A stretch of DNA of 64,000 bases from an uncultured Chloroflexia bacterium. Its GTDB lineage: Bacteria; Chloroflexota; Limnocylindria; Limnocylindrales; CSP1-4. The notes under the pieces were generated by a model that saw only the letters and a list, made by a program, of their open reading frames with translations, searched no databases and was not told the DNA's origin. Location: assembly GCA_963833225.1 (NCBI GenBank), contig CAWHXD010000005.1, positions 1-64,000 on the forward strand, given 5' to 3'. Within the stretch, counting starts at the first letter, position 1. Each line of letters begins with the position of its first letter. Positions 46,836 to 54,957 of the stretch are shown here, piece by piece. The position numbers and the translations under genes were made by a program.

Positions 46836-46857
46836 CGGTCGATCCTCCGCGCCCCTT

Positions 46858-46890
46858 CTACCAGGACTTGAAAGCCTTGGTCGGTCCCAC
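46858..46890 (-). CDS. Putative 10-aa upstream micro-ORF MGPTKAFKSW
   Basis: GTG at 46890 with GAGGAGGA RBS 6 nt upstream; same GGAGGATCGA context as the 29-aa ORF. Confidence 0.4.
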   Translation of the reverse strand: MGPTKAFKSW

Positions 46891-46912
46891 GCTCGATCCT
46901 CCTCGCGGCTCC

Positions 46913-47066
46913 CGTGTCCCTTCCAGGAACACGAAAACCGACCTGACTCGAAAGTCGGTCGGTTGCACTACTCGCTCCACCCTCACCCTAAGTGCCCAGT
47001 TCAGGTGAGGGCATCTGCGCGTCCGAGCGTTCTTTGTGGCCCAGTACGTTCGTACTAGTACGGGCC
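46913..47066 (-). ncRNA. Putative structured 5' leader RNA (four consecutive stem-loops)
   Basis: Stems at 46913-46933, 46936-46964, 46973-47029 and 47038-47066, paired by eye. Confidence 0.45.
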
Positions 47067-47119
47067 GGACTATAGGTAGCCCGGACACCACCGGTCAATA
47101 CGCAACCCTACCTATGTCC
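47067..47119 (-). promoter_or_regulatory. Sigma70-type promoter with overlapping inverted repeat
   Basis: TTGACC (47093-98) N18 TATAGT (47069-74); inverted repeat ATAGGTAG (47072-79) / CTACCTAT (47108-15). Confidence 0.6.
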
Positions 47120-47173
47120 ACCGATCCAGATCGGCTCACTTCCGCCCGACACTTGGCACAGGCGGCGCGGAGA

Positions 47174-50100
47174 CTAGATGTCCTCGTAGGAGGGAGGCTC
47201 CGCGGCCAGTTCGCTCCGGACATACGCTGCGTAGTGGGCGTACTGCTCGGCCGCAGCGGCCCGTCGCCCACTCCGCTTGTATGCTCGCAACAACTCAAGC
47301 TCTATTGCATCGGCTTGCGGATCCACCGCAAGGACGGCTTGGCCGACGCGGATCGCCGCATCGTAGTCGGCTCGCTGTTGGCTACGGGTCATCTCCGCTT
47401 CAGAGGCCGCCAAGACCGCGGCATGAAGATTCTCACGGTAGGTCGACGCCCATTCCTCGTAGGCGAATGTGAGCGCATAGCGGCCGCGGTAGTTGCGCAG
47501 CAACTCGAAGAGGGCCTGGTCATCACCTTCCTTCGCGCTGTCGATCAGAAGCCAGCACTTACGACTCACCACGTTGACGAGTCCGTCGTTCAGGCTCACG
47601 ACGTCACCGTCGAACTGGATGTAGCCGGCGCTCATGCCCTCGCGGTAGTCGGGTTCGAGCACTCTGCGAAGGAAGTAGATGGCCTGGTGTAAGGAGTTAC
47701 CCCCCGCCTCAACCCCTAGTTCGGGCCACAGTGCTTCGATCACTTCTTCCCTGTTGGCGGACATCCGAGGTCGCGATGCAAGGAAGCAGACGAGCGAGAG
47801 GACCTTCCGCCTCAGGTATCGGGGCTGATCCTCGCCCTCGAGGAACACCTCGACGGCCCCCAAATCCGAGACTGTCACTGCGCCTGCAAGCCTCTTCGTG
47901 ATCGCCAGCGCGCTGGGTCGAAGGGACTTGTTCGTACTCGCAGCCTTGCGCAGCAGGGCGGCATCCTCGGCAGACCCGACCTCCGCCAAGATTGCGCTGG
48001 CGAACACGGCTGCTTCCAGGTTCCCTCGGATCGCTTGCACCACCGGGGAACGCCAACGATCGGGCCGAAGCTTGGCTTCACGTTCGAGCATGGCCCGACT
48101 TTCAGCCGAGAGCAGGTGAAGCCTCACGACCAGTTCCTCGGCCAGCAGCGACCAGCAATAGGCCCCGGAGGCACTCCGTGAGAGGGCCTCATCAAGTGGC
48201 ACCCCAGTTGCCGCATCGACGAGCAGAGCGGCAAGGTATGAGCCGCGGCGCGTGTTCTGAGCACCCGCGACACGAGAGGCCTCCTCGGCCGCGGCCTTTG
48301 CCGCCGGATCGCCCTTGTGGAGAGCAACACGTGTCGCGAGGATCTGTGTTCTCAACTTGCCGGCGGCGTCGGCGCATCGATCTTGGCCAAGGCGCGTCAG
48401 GCTCGCTAGGGCCGCCGAGGTGTCCCCTTGGCGAAGGGCGGTCTCGCCGACAAGGAGGTTGTAAATGCCCACATGCCCTCGGGACAGCAGCGTCGGGTCA
48501 AGGTGCTGGAGCCACACACTCGCCTCGTCCGCCGATCCGAACTCGGTCTCTATCCGCGCCGCCTCGAGGCAGACTTCGGCGTTCGCGAGCAGGCTTCCCG
48601 CAGGTGCTGCGCAAGACGTGATCGCGCGCGACTCGGCCAGCCGCCCCAATTGGGCCTCTGCGGCAGCCACCATCATCGTCGCGGACACTCGCTCCACCGA
48701 TCCGTGCGCGCGGCCACCTAGGAGTGTTTCCGCCAGCGAGGCTTCCCTGAGCGCGTCTGCCGCGTCACCCAGCCAGAGAAGTACGCCGGAGAGGTTCAGC
48801 CGCGACACGCCCGCATACCGACTGCGCCCCTCCCTCTCCTGGTCGGCGGCCAACCTCCGAAGCGACTCGGCAATCTCGAGCAGATCCCCTTCTTGACTGG
48901 CCTGCATCAGGGTCAGATTGGCGAGGGCGACATAGCGCTGCGGTGGAGTGAGCGCCTCCCTAAGGGCCCGGGCGTTGGCCTCGGCAGCCTCGTCAGCGAC
49001 GCCGAACACCCCGAGGGTTGAGGCCAGCGTCAGAAGCGAGAGTCCGCTGAGTGTGCCGCCTGCGCTTTGCTCGACTGCCACTCGCGCCCATCGGACGGCC
49101 GTCGGGAAGTCTCCGCGCTGCAGTTCCAACCTCGAGCGAAGGATGAGGGCAGTAGGGCGGTCTGGGTCTCCGGCACCAGCGTCCAGAAACCCCCTTGCGA
49201 GTTCGAATTCCCCGGCGGCGATGATCTCCTCGAGCGAGCTGTCCACGACCGACGCACAGGCTTGGATGTCACCCGCCATCAGGTAGTGCCATGCGCTCAC
49301 GTTCCATCCGAACGCCCTGAGCTCCACGGCCAACGATCGATGCAAGTCCCTGACTGCCTGCCCGCCAATGCTCGCGGCAAGCCGTGTTTGGAGGAACTCC
49401 TGAACCAGCGGATGAAACCGATGTGGTGACACACGGTCCGGCTTCGTCAGCAGGCCAAGGCGCTCCGCATCCGCAATCGCCCGGCGCGCATGCTCGTCGT
49501 CAACTTGGCCGACAGAGATTGCAGACGCCACATCAACCGTCGTCAGAACCGATGCTCGCATGAGGAAGTCGGTCAGGTCACTTGGCAAGGAGGCAAGCAC
49601 CTCCTCGGCAAGGAAGTCGTACATGTCGCTCGCCGATGCCCTGAGGTGAGCTACAAAATCACGCGGGTCTTGTCGCTCCGCGAGTCGGGCGTTTACTAGG
49701 GTCAGGAGGGCTGGCCAGCCGTCGGTTCGCTCGCAGAGATCGGAGACAAGGTCCTGGTCCAGGGGGTGCCGGTAGGCGTCACGGAACAGGCTTGATGTCT
49801 CGGCGACGTCAAAACGGAGGTCCTGTCCGCTCAGGGCCATGACCCCACCGCGAGCCCGGAGGCGGCCGACGGCGAGCGAGGGCTTCGACCGCGACGCGAG
49901 GATCACGGAGAACCCTGGCCCGGTGCGGTCGAGCAGGGCACGGACGATGGGCTCGGTCTCGTCGAACCCGTCGACGAGGTGGTAGTCGTCAATGATCAGG
50001 GTCAGGCCGCGCTCGCTGCGAGTGCCGAACTCTGCCATCTCGCGCGCGATGGTGAGCACGAGGTCCTTCTGCGTTGGACCCCCGGTGCCCAGGGCGAGCA

Positions 50101-50686
50101 GCATAGCGAAGGTGGTCGGCGCGAAGCCCGGCTGGAGTTCGCGCCCGGAGGCGACGAGGTGACGCACGAACGTCAGCCAGTCGCGGTCGTCCGCCTCCAG
50201 GCGGTACCAGGCGGTCATCCGCCGCGTGTGCCGGGCCCAGTCGCCCAGGAGCGTGGTCTTGCCGAAGCCGGCCTCGGCGATGATCAGGCCGAGACGGCCC
50301 GCCGCAGCCTGTTCCAGCCACGAGTTCAGACGAGGTCGCGAGAGCGTGTCGCTGCGCTTGAGAGGGCAGTGGATCTTGGCCGGCTGGACGGGCAGCGGAT
50401 TCATGCCGTACGCACCGGACCCCAGGATCGGCCCGGCGAACCCAGGCCCGACGGCGACCAACCCATGCCCGTCGTGTGCACTCCTCCCGGGCGACGCGGG
50501 CCGCGCTTCCGCGGACGGGGTGGCGCCGCTGTTGGTGCCTGACGATACGGCAGGTTGTGGCGCGGAGGTCGGCTCCCCATGCACCCGGGGATGCACCCGG
50601 GCGGATTGCCCGCCGGATGAGGCGCGGTCGCTGATGGGCTGGCTGGTCGTCGGGGGCATGGCGACATCGTGCCGTGTGCCACTCAA
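47174..50686 (-). CDS. Large MalT-like STAND ATPase regulator with TPR-like middle and C-terminal BTAD-like region (true start may be 50405 or 50659)
   Basis: PAKIHCP..RPRL, Walker A AEAGFGKTTLL, LIIDDYH, TDGWPA, YDFLAEEVL, RFHPLVQEFL; C-term REEVIEALWPE, LHQAIYFLRRVLEP, YRGRY..YEEWA. Confidence 0.85.
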   Translation of the reverse strand: MSGTRHDVAMPPTTSQPISDRASSGGQSARVHPRVHGEPTSAPQPAVSSGTNSGATPSAEARPASPGRSAHDGHGLVAVGPGFAGPILGSGAYGMNPLPVQPAKIHCPLKRSDTLSRPRLNSWLEQAAAGRLGLIIAEAGFGKTTLLGDWARHTRRMTAWYRLEADDRDWLTFVRHLVASGRELQPGFAPTTFAMLLALGTGGPTQKDLVLTIAREMAEFGTRSERGLTLIIDDYHLVDGFDETEPIVRALLDRTGPGFSVILASRSKPSLAVGRLRARGGVMALSGQDLRFDVAETSSLFRDAYRHPLDQDLVSDLCERTDGWPALLTLVNARLAERQDPRDFVAHLRASASDMYDFLAEEVLASLPSDLTDFLMRASVLTTVDVASAISVGQVDDEHARRAIADAERLGLLTKPDRVSPHRFHPLVQEFLQTRLAASIGGQAVRDLHRSLAVELRAFGWNVSAWHYLMAGDIQACASVVDSSLEEIIAAGEFELARGFLDAGAGDPDRPTALILRSRLELQRGDFPTAVRWARVAVEQSAGGTLSGLSLLTLASTLGVFGVADEAAEANARALREALTPPQRYVALANLTLMQASQEGDLLEIAESLRRLAADQEREGRSRYAGVSRLNLSGVLLWLGDAADALREASLAETLLGGRAHGSVERVSATMMVAAAEAQLGRLAESRAITSCAAPAGSLLANAEVCLEAARIETEFGSADEASVWLQHLDPTLLSRGHVGIYNLLVGETALRQGDTSAALASLTRLGQDRCADAAGKLRTQILATRVALHKGDPAAKAAAEEASRVAGAQNTRRGSYLAALLVDAATGVPLDEALSRSASGAYCWSLLAEELVVRLHLLSAESRAMLEREAKLRPDRWRSPVVQAIRGNLEAAVFASAILAEVGSAEDAALLRKAASTNKSLRPSALAITKRLAGAVTVSDLGAVEVFLEGEDQPRYLRRKVLSLVCFLASRPRMSANREEVIEALWPELGVEAGGNSLHQAIYFLRRVLEPDYREGMSAGYIQFDGDVVSLNDGLVNVVSRKCWLLIDSAKEGDDQALFELLRNYRGRYALTFAYEEWASTYRENLHAAVLAASEAEMTRSQQRADYDAAIRVGQAVLAVDPQADAIELELLRAYKRSGRRAAAAEQYAHYAAYVRSELAAEPPSYEDI

Positions 50687-50750
50687 CGCCCGCTTATGTC
50701 CAGCCGATCCCGCGGGACCCGCTCGCTCGTGTCAGGCGGTCAGCCCGAGG

Positions 50751-50954
50751 TCAGCCCTCGTACTCGAACCCGATCTTGAGCTGGACCTGGTACTCGACGA
50801 TCTCGCCGTCCTCGATCCGCGCCGACGATTTCACGACGTCGACGGTCCGGATGTTTCGGACGGTCTTGCTCGCGGTCGCGACGGCCTGCCGAGCGGCGTC
50901 ACTCCACGAGTTCGGGCTCGTGCCCACCATCTCGCGAACGATGATCACGCCCAC
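50751..50954 (-). CDS. Dodecin family flavin-binding protein
   Basis: EMVGTSPNSWSDAARQAVATASKTVRNI..EYQVQLKIGF; GTG with AGGAGG RBS. Confidence 0.88.
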   Translation of the reverse strand: MGVIIVREMVGTSPNSWSDAARQAVATASKTVRNIRTVDVVKSSARIEDGEIVEYQVQLKIGFEYEG

Positions 50955-51017
50955 TCCGATCCTCCTGCTGGTGTCGCGGCCCAGCATAGGCCAGCGTGGG
51001 GTTGGTAGGGTTCGACC

Positions 51018-51962
51018 ATGACGACACCTCGCCGCAAGTTCCTCATCGATACCGACACGGCCTCCGACGACGCCGTTGCCCTGGTCATGGCGCTGCGCGA
51101 TCCGGGCGTGGAGGTGCTGGCCATCACGGTGGTCGCGGGCAACGTTCCACTCGACCAGGCGGTGCAGAACGCCCTGTACACGGTGGAGCTGGTGGGGGCG
51201 AAGGTGCCGGTGCACGCGGGGGCGGCCGCGCCGCTGATCCAGCCCCTCCACACCGCCCAGGTGGTCCACGGACAGGACGGGATGGGCGACATCGGGCTGC
51301 CGGTCCGGGGTCGATCGCCGGCGCCGGGCCACGCCGTGGACCGTCTTGCCGAGCTGATCGAGGCTCATGCGCCGGGGGAGCTCACCCTGGTGACGCTGGG
51401 TCCGCTCACGAACATCGCGCTGCTGTTCGCGCGCCACCCGGAGTACGCGACCCGGCTGCGCGAGGTCGTCGTGATGGGCGGGACGGGTGACGGGATGGGG
51501 AACATCACCGCGGCCGCCGAGTTCAACATCTGGGTGGACCCCGAGGCCGCTGCGGTCGTCTACGGCGCTGGTGCCCGCCTCGTCCAGGTGGGCTGGGACA
51601 TCTCGCGCAAGTACGCGACGTTCGACGCGACGCAAGCGTCGGACCTGCGCGCGGTGGGCCGGCTGGGCGCGTTCTGCGTTGACATCCAGGCGGTGCTCAC
51701 GGCGTTTGCCCTGGAAGGGACGCACCTCGCTGGCTTCGACCTGCCGGACCCGATCGCGATGGCGGTCGCGCTTGATCCGACGATCGCCACGGACATGCCG
51801 TTCCTCAACGTCGTGGTCGAGACGCGGGGCGAGTACACCCGGGGCGAAACGGTGGTGGACCACACCGGGTACACGGGGCGGCCCGCCAACGCGCACGTGG
51901 TGCTGGAAGCCTCACGGGAGCGCTTCGTGGCTCTCCTGAAGGACCGGCTGCGCGAGGACTGA
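51018..51962 (+). CDS. Nucleoside hydrolase (IUNH family)
   Basis: IDTDTASDD, AGNV, HGQDGMGD, LGPLTNIA, AEFNIWVDPEAA. Confidence 0.93.
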   Translation: MTTPRRKFLIDTDTASDDAVALVMALRDPGVEVLAITVVAGNVPLDQAVQNALYTVELVGAKVPVHAGAAAPLIQPLHTAQVVHGQDGMGDIGLPVRGRSPAPGHAVDRLAELIEAHAPGELTLVTLGPLTNIALLFARHPEYATRLREVVVMGGTGDGMGNITAAAEFNIWVDPEAAAVVYGAGARLVQVGWDISRKYATFDATQASDLRAVGRLGAFCVDIQAVLTAFALEGTHLAGFDLPDPIAMAVALDPTIATDMPFLNVVVETRGEYTRGETVVDHTGYTGRPANAHVVLEASRERFVALLKDRLRED

Positions 51963-51976
51963 ACGGTTCGGCGCGA

Positions 51977-52282
51977 TCAGGCCGGGCCGGACGCTTCCGC
52001 GCGCACCTTGTCAAAACAGCTGGAGCAGTAGACGGGACGGTCGCTGCGGGGCTCGAACGGGACCACCGCCTGTCCCCCACAGCTGTTGCACACCGCGGCG
52101 TGGTATTCGCGGCTGCCGGTGGCTGTTCCGCTCGACCGGGCGCGCTTCGCCGCGGCTCGACAGGAGGGACAGCGCTGCGGGTCGTTCACGAGACCCTTGG
52201 TGGAGAAGAACTGCTGCTCGCCCGCGGAGAAGACGAAGCCGTCCCCGCAGTCACGGCACGTCAACGCGCGGTCGCTGAACAC
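51977..52282 (-). CDS. Zinc-ribbon plus CxxC-x17-CxxC domain protein
   Basis: CRDCG..FSAGEQQFF..KG..PQRCPSC; CNSCG..VPFEP..RPVYCSSCF. Confidence 0.88.
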   Translation of the reverse strand: MFSDRALTCRDCGDGFVFSAGEQQFFSTKGLVNDPQRCPSCRAAAKRARSSGTATGSREYHAAVCNSCGGQAVVPFEPRSDRPVYCSSCFDKVRAEASGPA

Positions 52283-52453
52283 CGGCCAACCCTCCCGTGT
52301 CCCATCGCCGCCGGCCCCAAGCGTCCTGCACGGGCGTCGATGGGACGCGGCGCTCGGGCGGCGATACCGGGGGGCCGGTGGCTTTGGGCGGAGAATACGT
52401 CTCGCGTCAAGCGCGGCGGGAACTGCCGGGTCGGTGGGGGCGTCGAGTGGCCC

Positions 52454-53368
52454 ATGTCGAAGCGCGTGCTGTTCCCGACGACCCTTCTTCTCGTCACTCT
52501 TGGCGTCACCGCCTGCTCCACGGGAGGAGTGCCGGTGGCGTCACCGCCCCTGGGGGCGACGGGATCCCCGGGCGTTCCGACCGCCGCCCCGAGCGACCTT
52601 GGGACGGGGATCATCCACCCGACGGGGGCCAACGAGGTCGTGCTCCGCTTCGATGAGGCGGGCGGATTCGTCCCCATCGAGTGGCTCGCGGCGCGCCTGC
52701 CGTACTTCACCCTCTATGGCGACGGACGGGTCGTCTTCGTGCAGACGTCGGCCGAGTTCCCCAATCGGGCGGACAGCATCTCGGTCGGCTATCCGCTCCG
52801 GACGGCCGTGCTGCCCGAGGAGCAGGTCCAGGGTCTCCTCGAGTACGCGCTGAGCGACGGGGGACTCGCCATCGCCAAGACCGACTACCAGAACCCGATG
52901 ATCGCCGATGCGCCGACGGCCGTGTTCACGATCAACGCCGAGAACGACACCAAGACGGTGTCGGTCAACGCGCTCGGCATGGAGGGGCAGCCGGGGCCGG
53001 ACACCCGGGTCCTGGCCCAGCTGGCGGCGCTCGGCGAGCGGTTGCGCGACTTTGACCAGGGCGGCTCGCTCGCGAGCGAGCCGTACGAAGCGCCTGCGTA
53101 CCGCGGGGTGATCCTCGAGCAGCAGGGGCTGCAGGGCGTCCAGCTCCGCGACTGGCCGTGGGCCGACATCACGCCGGCGGACTTCAAGGTGCCCGTCGAT
53201 CCGAATGCGCTGCCGCAGGGGACACGAACGCTCACCGCGGCGGAGGCCGCCGCCGTTGGTGTGGACGGGTTCCAGAGCGGGATCTCCGGAGGCCTGTTCC
53301 TCACGGGCCCCGACGGCAAGACCTACTCGCTGGTCATCCGGCCGCTGCTGCCCGACGAGCAGGCATAG
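52454..53368 (+). CDS. Hypothetical lipoprotein
   Basis: Signal peptide with GVTAC lipobox; PYFTLYGDGRVV, IADAPT, C-terminal RPLLPDE. Confidence 0.75.
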   Translation: MSKRVLFPTTLLLVTLGVTACSTGGVPVASPPLGATGSPGVPTAAPSDLGTGIIHPTGANEVVLRFDEAGGFVPIEWLAARLPYFTLYGDGRVVFVQTSAEFPNRADSISVGYPLRTAVLPEEQVQGLLEYALSDGGLAIAKTDYQNPMIADAPTAVFTINAENDTKTVSVNALGMEGQPGPDTRVLAQLAALGERLRDFDQGGSLASEPYEAPAYRGVILEQQGLQGVQLRDWPWADITPADFKVPVDPNALPQGTRTLTAAEAAAVGVDGFQSGISGGLFLTGPDGKTYSLVIRPLLPDEQA

Positions 53369-53437
53369 CCGGCCGACGGGCCGACCGGGTGGCCGGCGGG
53401 CCGAGCTGGCGCCCCCGTCCTGACTGCACCGCTGGCG

Positions 53438-54787
53438 TCAGCTGACGTCCGCGAACCGGTCCCCGGCGTAGTTCACGAATCGCGTCTGCGCCTTCTTGAA
53501 CCACAGGTCGATCTCGCCGGTTGGGCCGTTGCGGTGCTTGGACAGCTTGAGCTTGACGACCTCACCGTCCGTCACCTGGTCGTCCGAGCCACGTTCCTTC
53601 TCGCGCCACAGGAACATCACGAGATCCGCATCCTGCTCGATGGAGCCGGACTCCCGGAGGTCCGACAGCCGGGGCTCCTTGGACTCGCGCATCTCGGGCT
53701 GCCGGGAGAGCTGGGAGAGCGCGAGCACGGGCACCTTGAGCTCACGGGCCAGCGCCTTGAGGCCGCGGCTGATCTCGGAGACCTCCTGGACCCGGTTCGC
53801 ATCCCGCGTCGTGATCGACGACTGCATCAGCTGCAGGTAGTCCACGATCACGAGGTCCAGCCCGACCTCCGCCTGGAGGCGGCGGGCCTTGGTCCTGAGC
53901 TCCATCGTCGTGATGTTGGGCGTGTCATCGATGTAGATGGGCGCCTCCGAGAGGGTGTTCATCGCCGGCGCGATACGGGTGAAGTCCAGCTCGTCCAGGA
54001 AGCCCGTACGGAGGCGCTGGGAGTCGATGTTGGCGACCGACGACAGGAGGCGGAGCACCAGCTGCTCCTTGCTCATCTCGAGGCTGAACAGCCCCACGCT
54101 CTTGCCGTCCCGCGCCGCGGCGTGCTCCGCGATGTTGAGCGCGAAGCTCGTCTTGCCCACCGACGGTCGCGCCGCGAGGATCACGAGGTCGCTCTTCTGG
54201 AGGCCGGTGGTCAGCGTGTCCAGGTCCCCGAACCCGGTCCGGATCCCGCTGATCTCACCCCTGTGCTCATGGAGGTAATCCAGCCGGTCGTAGGCGTCGT
54301 GGAGCAGGCTCTTGAGCGCCGAGAACCCGACCGCGACCCGCCGCTGGCTGACCGCGAACAGCTCCGACTCCGCCCGATCGATGGCCTCCTGGACCTCCGC
54401 GGGATCCTCGTAGCCGATGCCGGCGATCTTGCCCGCCGCCGCGATCAGGTTCCGGAGCAGTGCCTTGCGCTCGACGATGCGCGCGTACTGGGCCGCGTGG
54501 ACAGCGGTGGGCGTCTGGTTGGACAGCTCGCCGAGATAGGCGCGCCCGCCGATCGCCTCCAGGTCGCCCGTGCGGTCCAGCGCCTCGGTGACGGTGACGA
54601 CGTCGACTGGCTCGCGCCGCTCCGACAGGTCCAGCATGACGGCGAAGATGCGGCCGTGGGCCTGCCGGTAGAAGTCTTCCGGCTTGAGGAAGTCGGCGAC
54701 CTCGATGATCGCGTCCCGGTCGATCAGGATCGACCCCAGGACGGACTGTTCAGCTTCGATGGATTGCGGCGGCAGGCGATCGATCAC
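53438..54787 (-). CDS. dnaB: Replicative DNA helicase
   Basis: PPQSIEAEQSVLG, AARPSVGKT, FSLEMS, VDYLQLM, LSQLSR, DLRESGSIEQDAD, KHRNGP. Confidence 0.97.
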   Translation of the reverse strand: MIDRLPPQSIEAEQSVLGSILIDRDAIIEVADFLKPEDFYRQAHGRIFAVMLDLSERREPVDVVTVTEALDRTGDLEAIGGRAYLGELSNQTPTAVHAAQYARIVERKALLRNLIAAAGKIAGIGYEDPAEVQEAIDRAESELFAVSQRRVAVGFSALKSLLHDAYDRLDYLHEHRGEISGIRTGFGDLDTLTTGLQKSDLVILAARPSVGKTSFALNIAEHAAARDGKSVGLFSLEMSKEQLVLRLLSSVANIDSQRLRTGFLDELDFTRIAPAMNTLSEAPIYIDDTPNITTMELRTKARRLQAEVGLDLVIVDYLQLMQSSITTRDANRVQEVSEISRGLKALARELKVPVLALSQLSRQPEMRESKEPRLSDLRESGSIEQDADLVMFLWREKERGSDDQVTDGEVVKLKLSKHRNGPTGEIDLWFKKAQTRFVNYAGDRFADVS

Positions 54788-54892
54788 GCGCGACGAAACT
54801 CCACGGACGTGGCGGGGCCATCCGAAGGTCGCCGGTGGGGGCCGGCCGGCGATAGGGGGTTATGAACGAGTAGTCGGGCTGCGGGCCCCGAC

Positions 54893-54933
54893 CCTGTGGA
54901 CGTGTGTCCAATTCCTGTGGACAGCCTGTGGAC
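54893..54933. promoter_or_regulatory. Three direct repeats CCTGTGGAC, DnaA-box-like, upstream of dnaB
   Basis: CCTGTGGAC at 54893, 54914 and 54925; reverse complement nnGTCCACA resembles TT(A/G)TCCACA. Confidence 0.55.
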
Positions 54934-54957
54934 GGAGCGCGCCGAGTTGGCTGGCGG

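Noticed and set aside
46913-47066. Known c-di-GMP-I/II riboswitch upstream of the HD-GYP gene
   Set aside because: Could not find the conserved GGCAAAC..GAAA..GACGCAAAGC-type core on the sense strand; kept only as an unassigned structured leader.
46858-47091. 77-aa ORF from the track as a real gene
   Set aside because: Its start lies inside the predicted promoter with no RBS; only the last 10 codons have a strong RBS.
53438-54787. Intein in dnaB
   Set aside because: 449 aa is ordinary length and the helicase motifs are contiguous.
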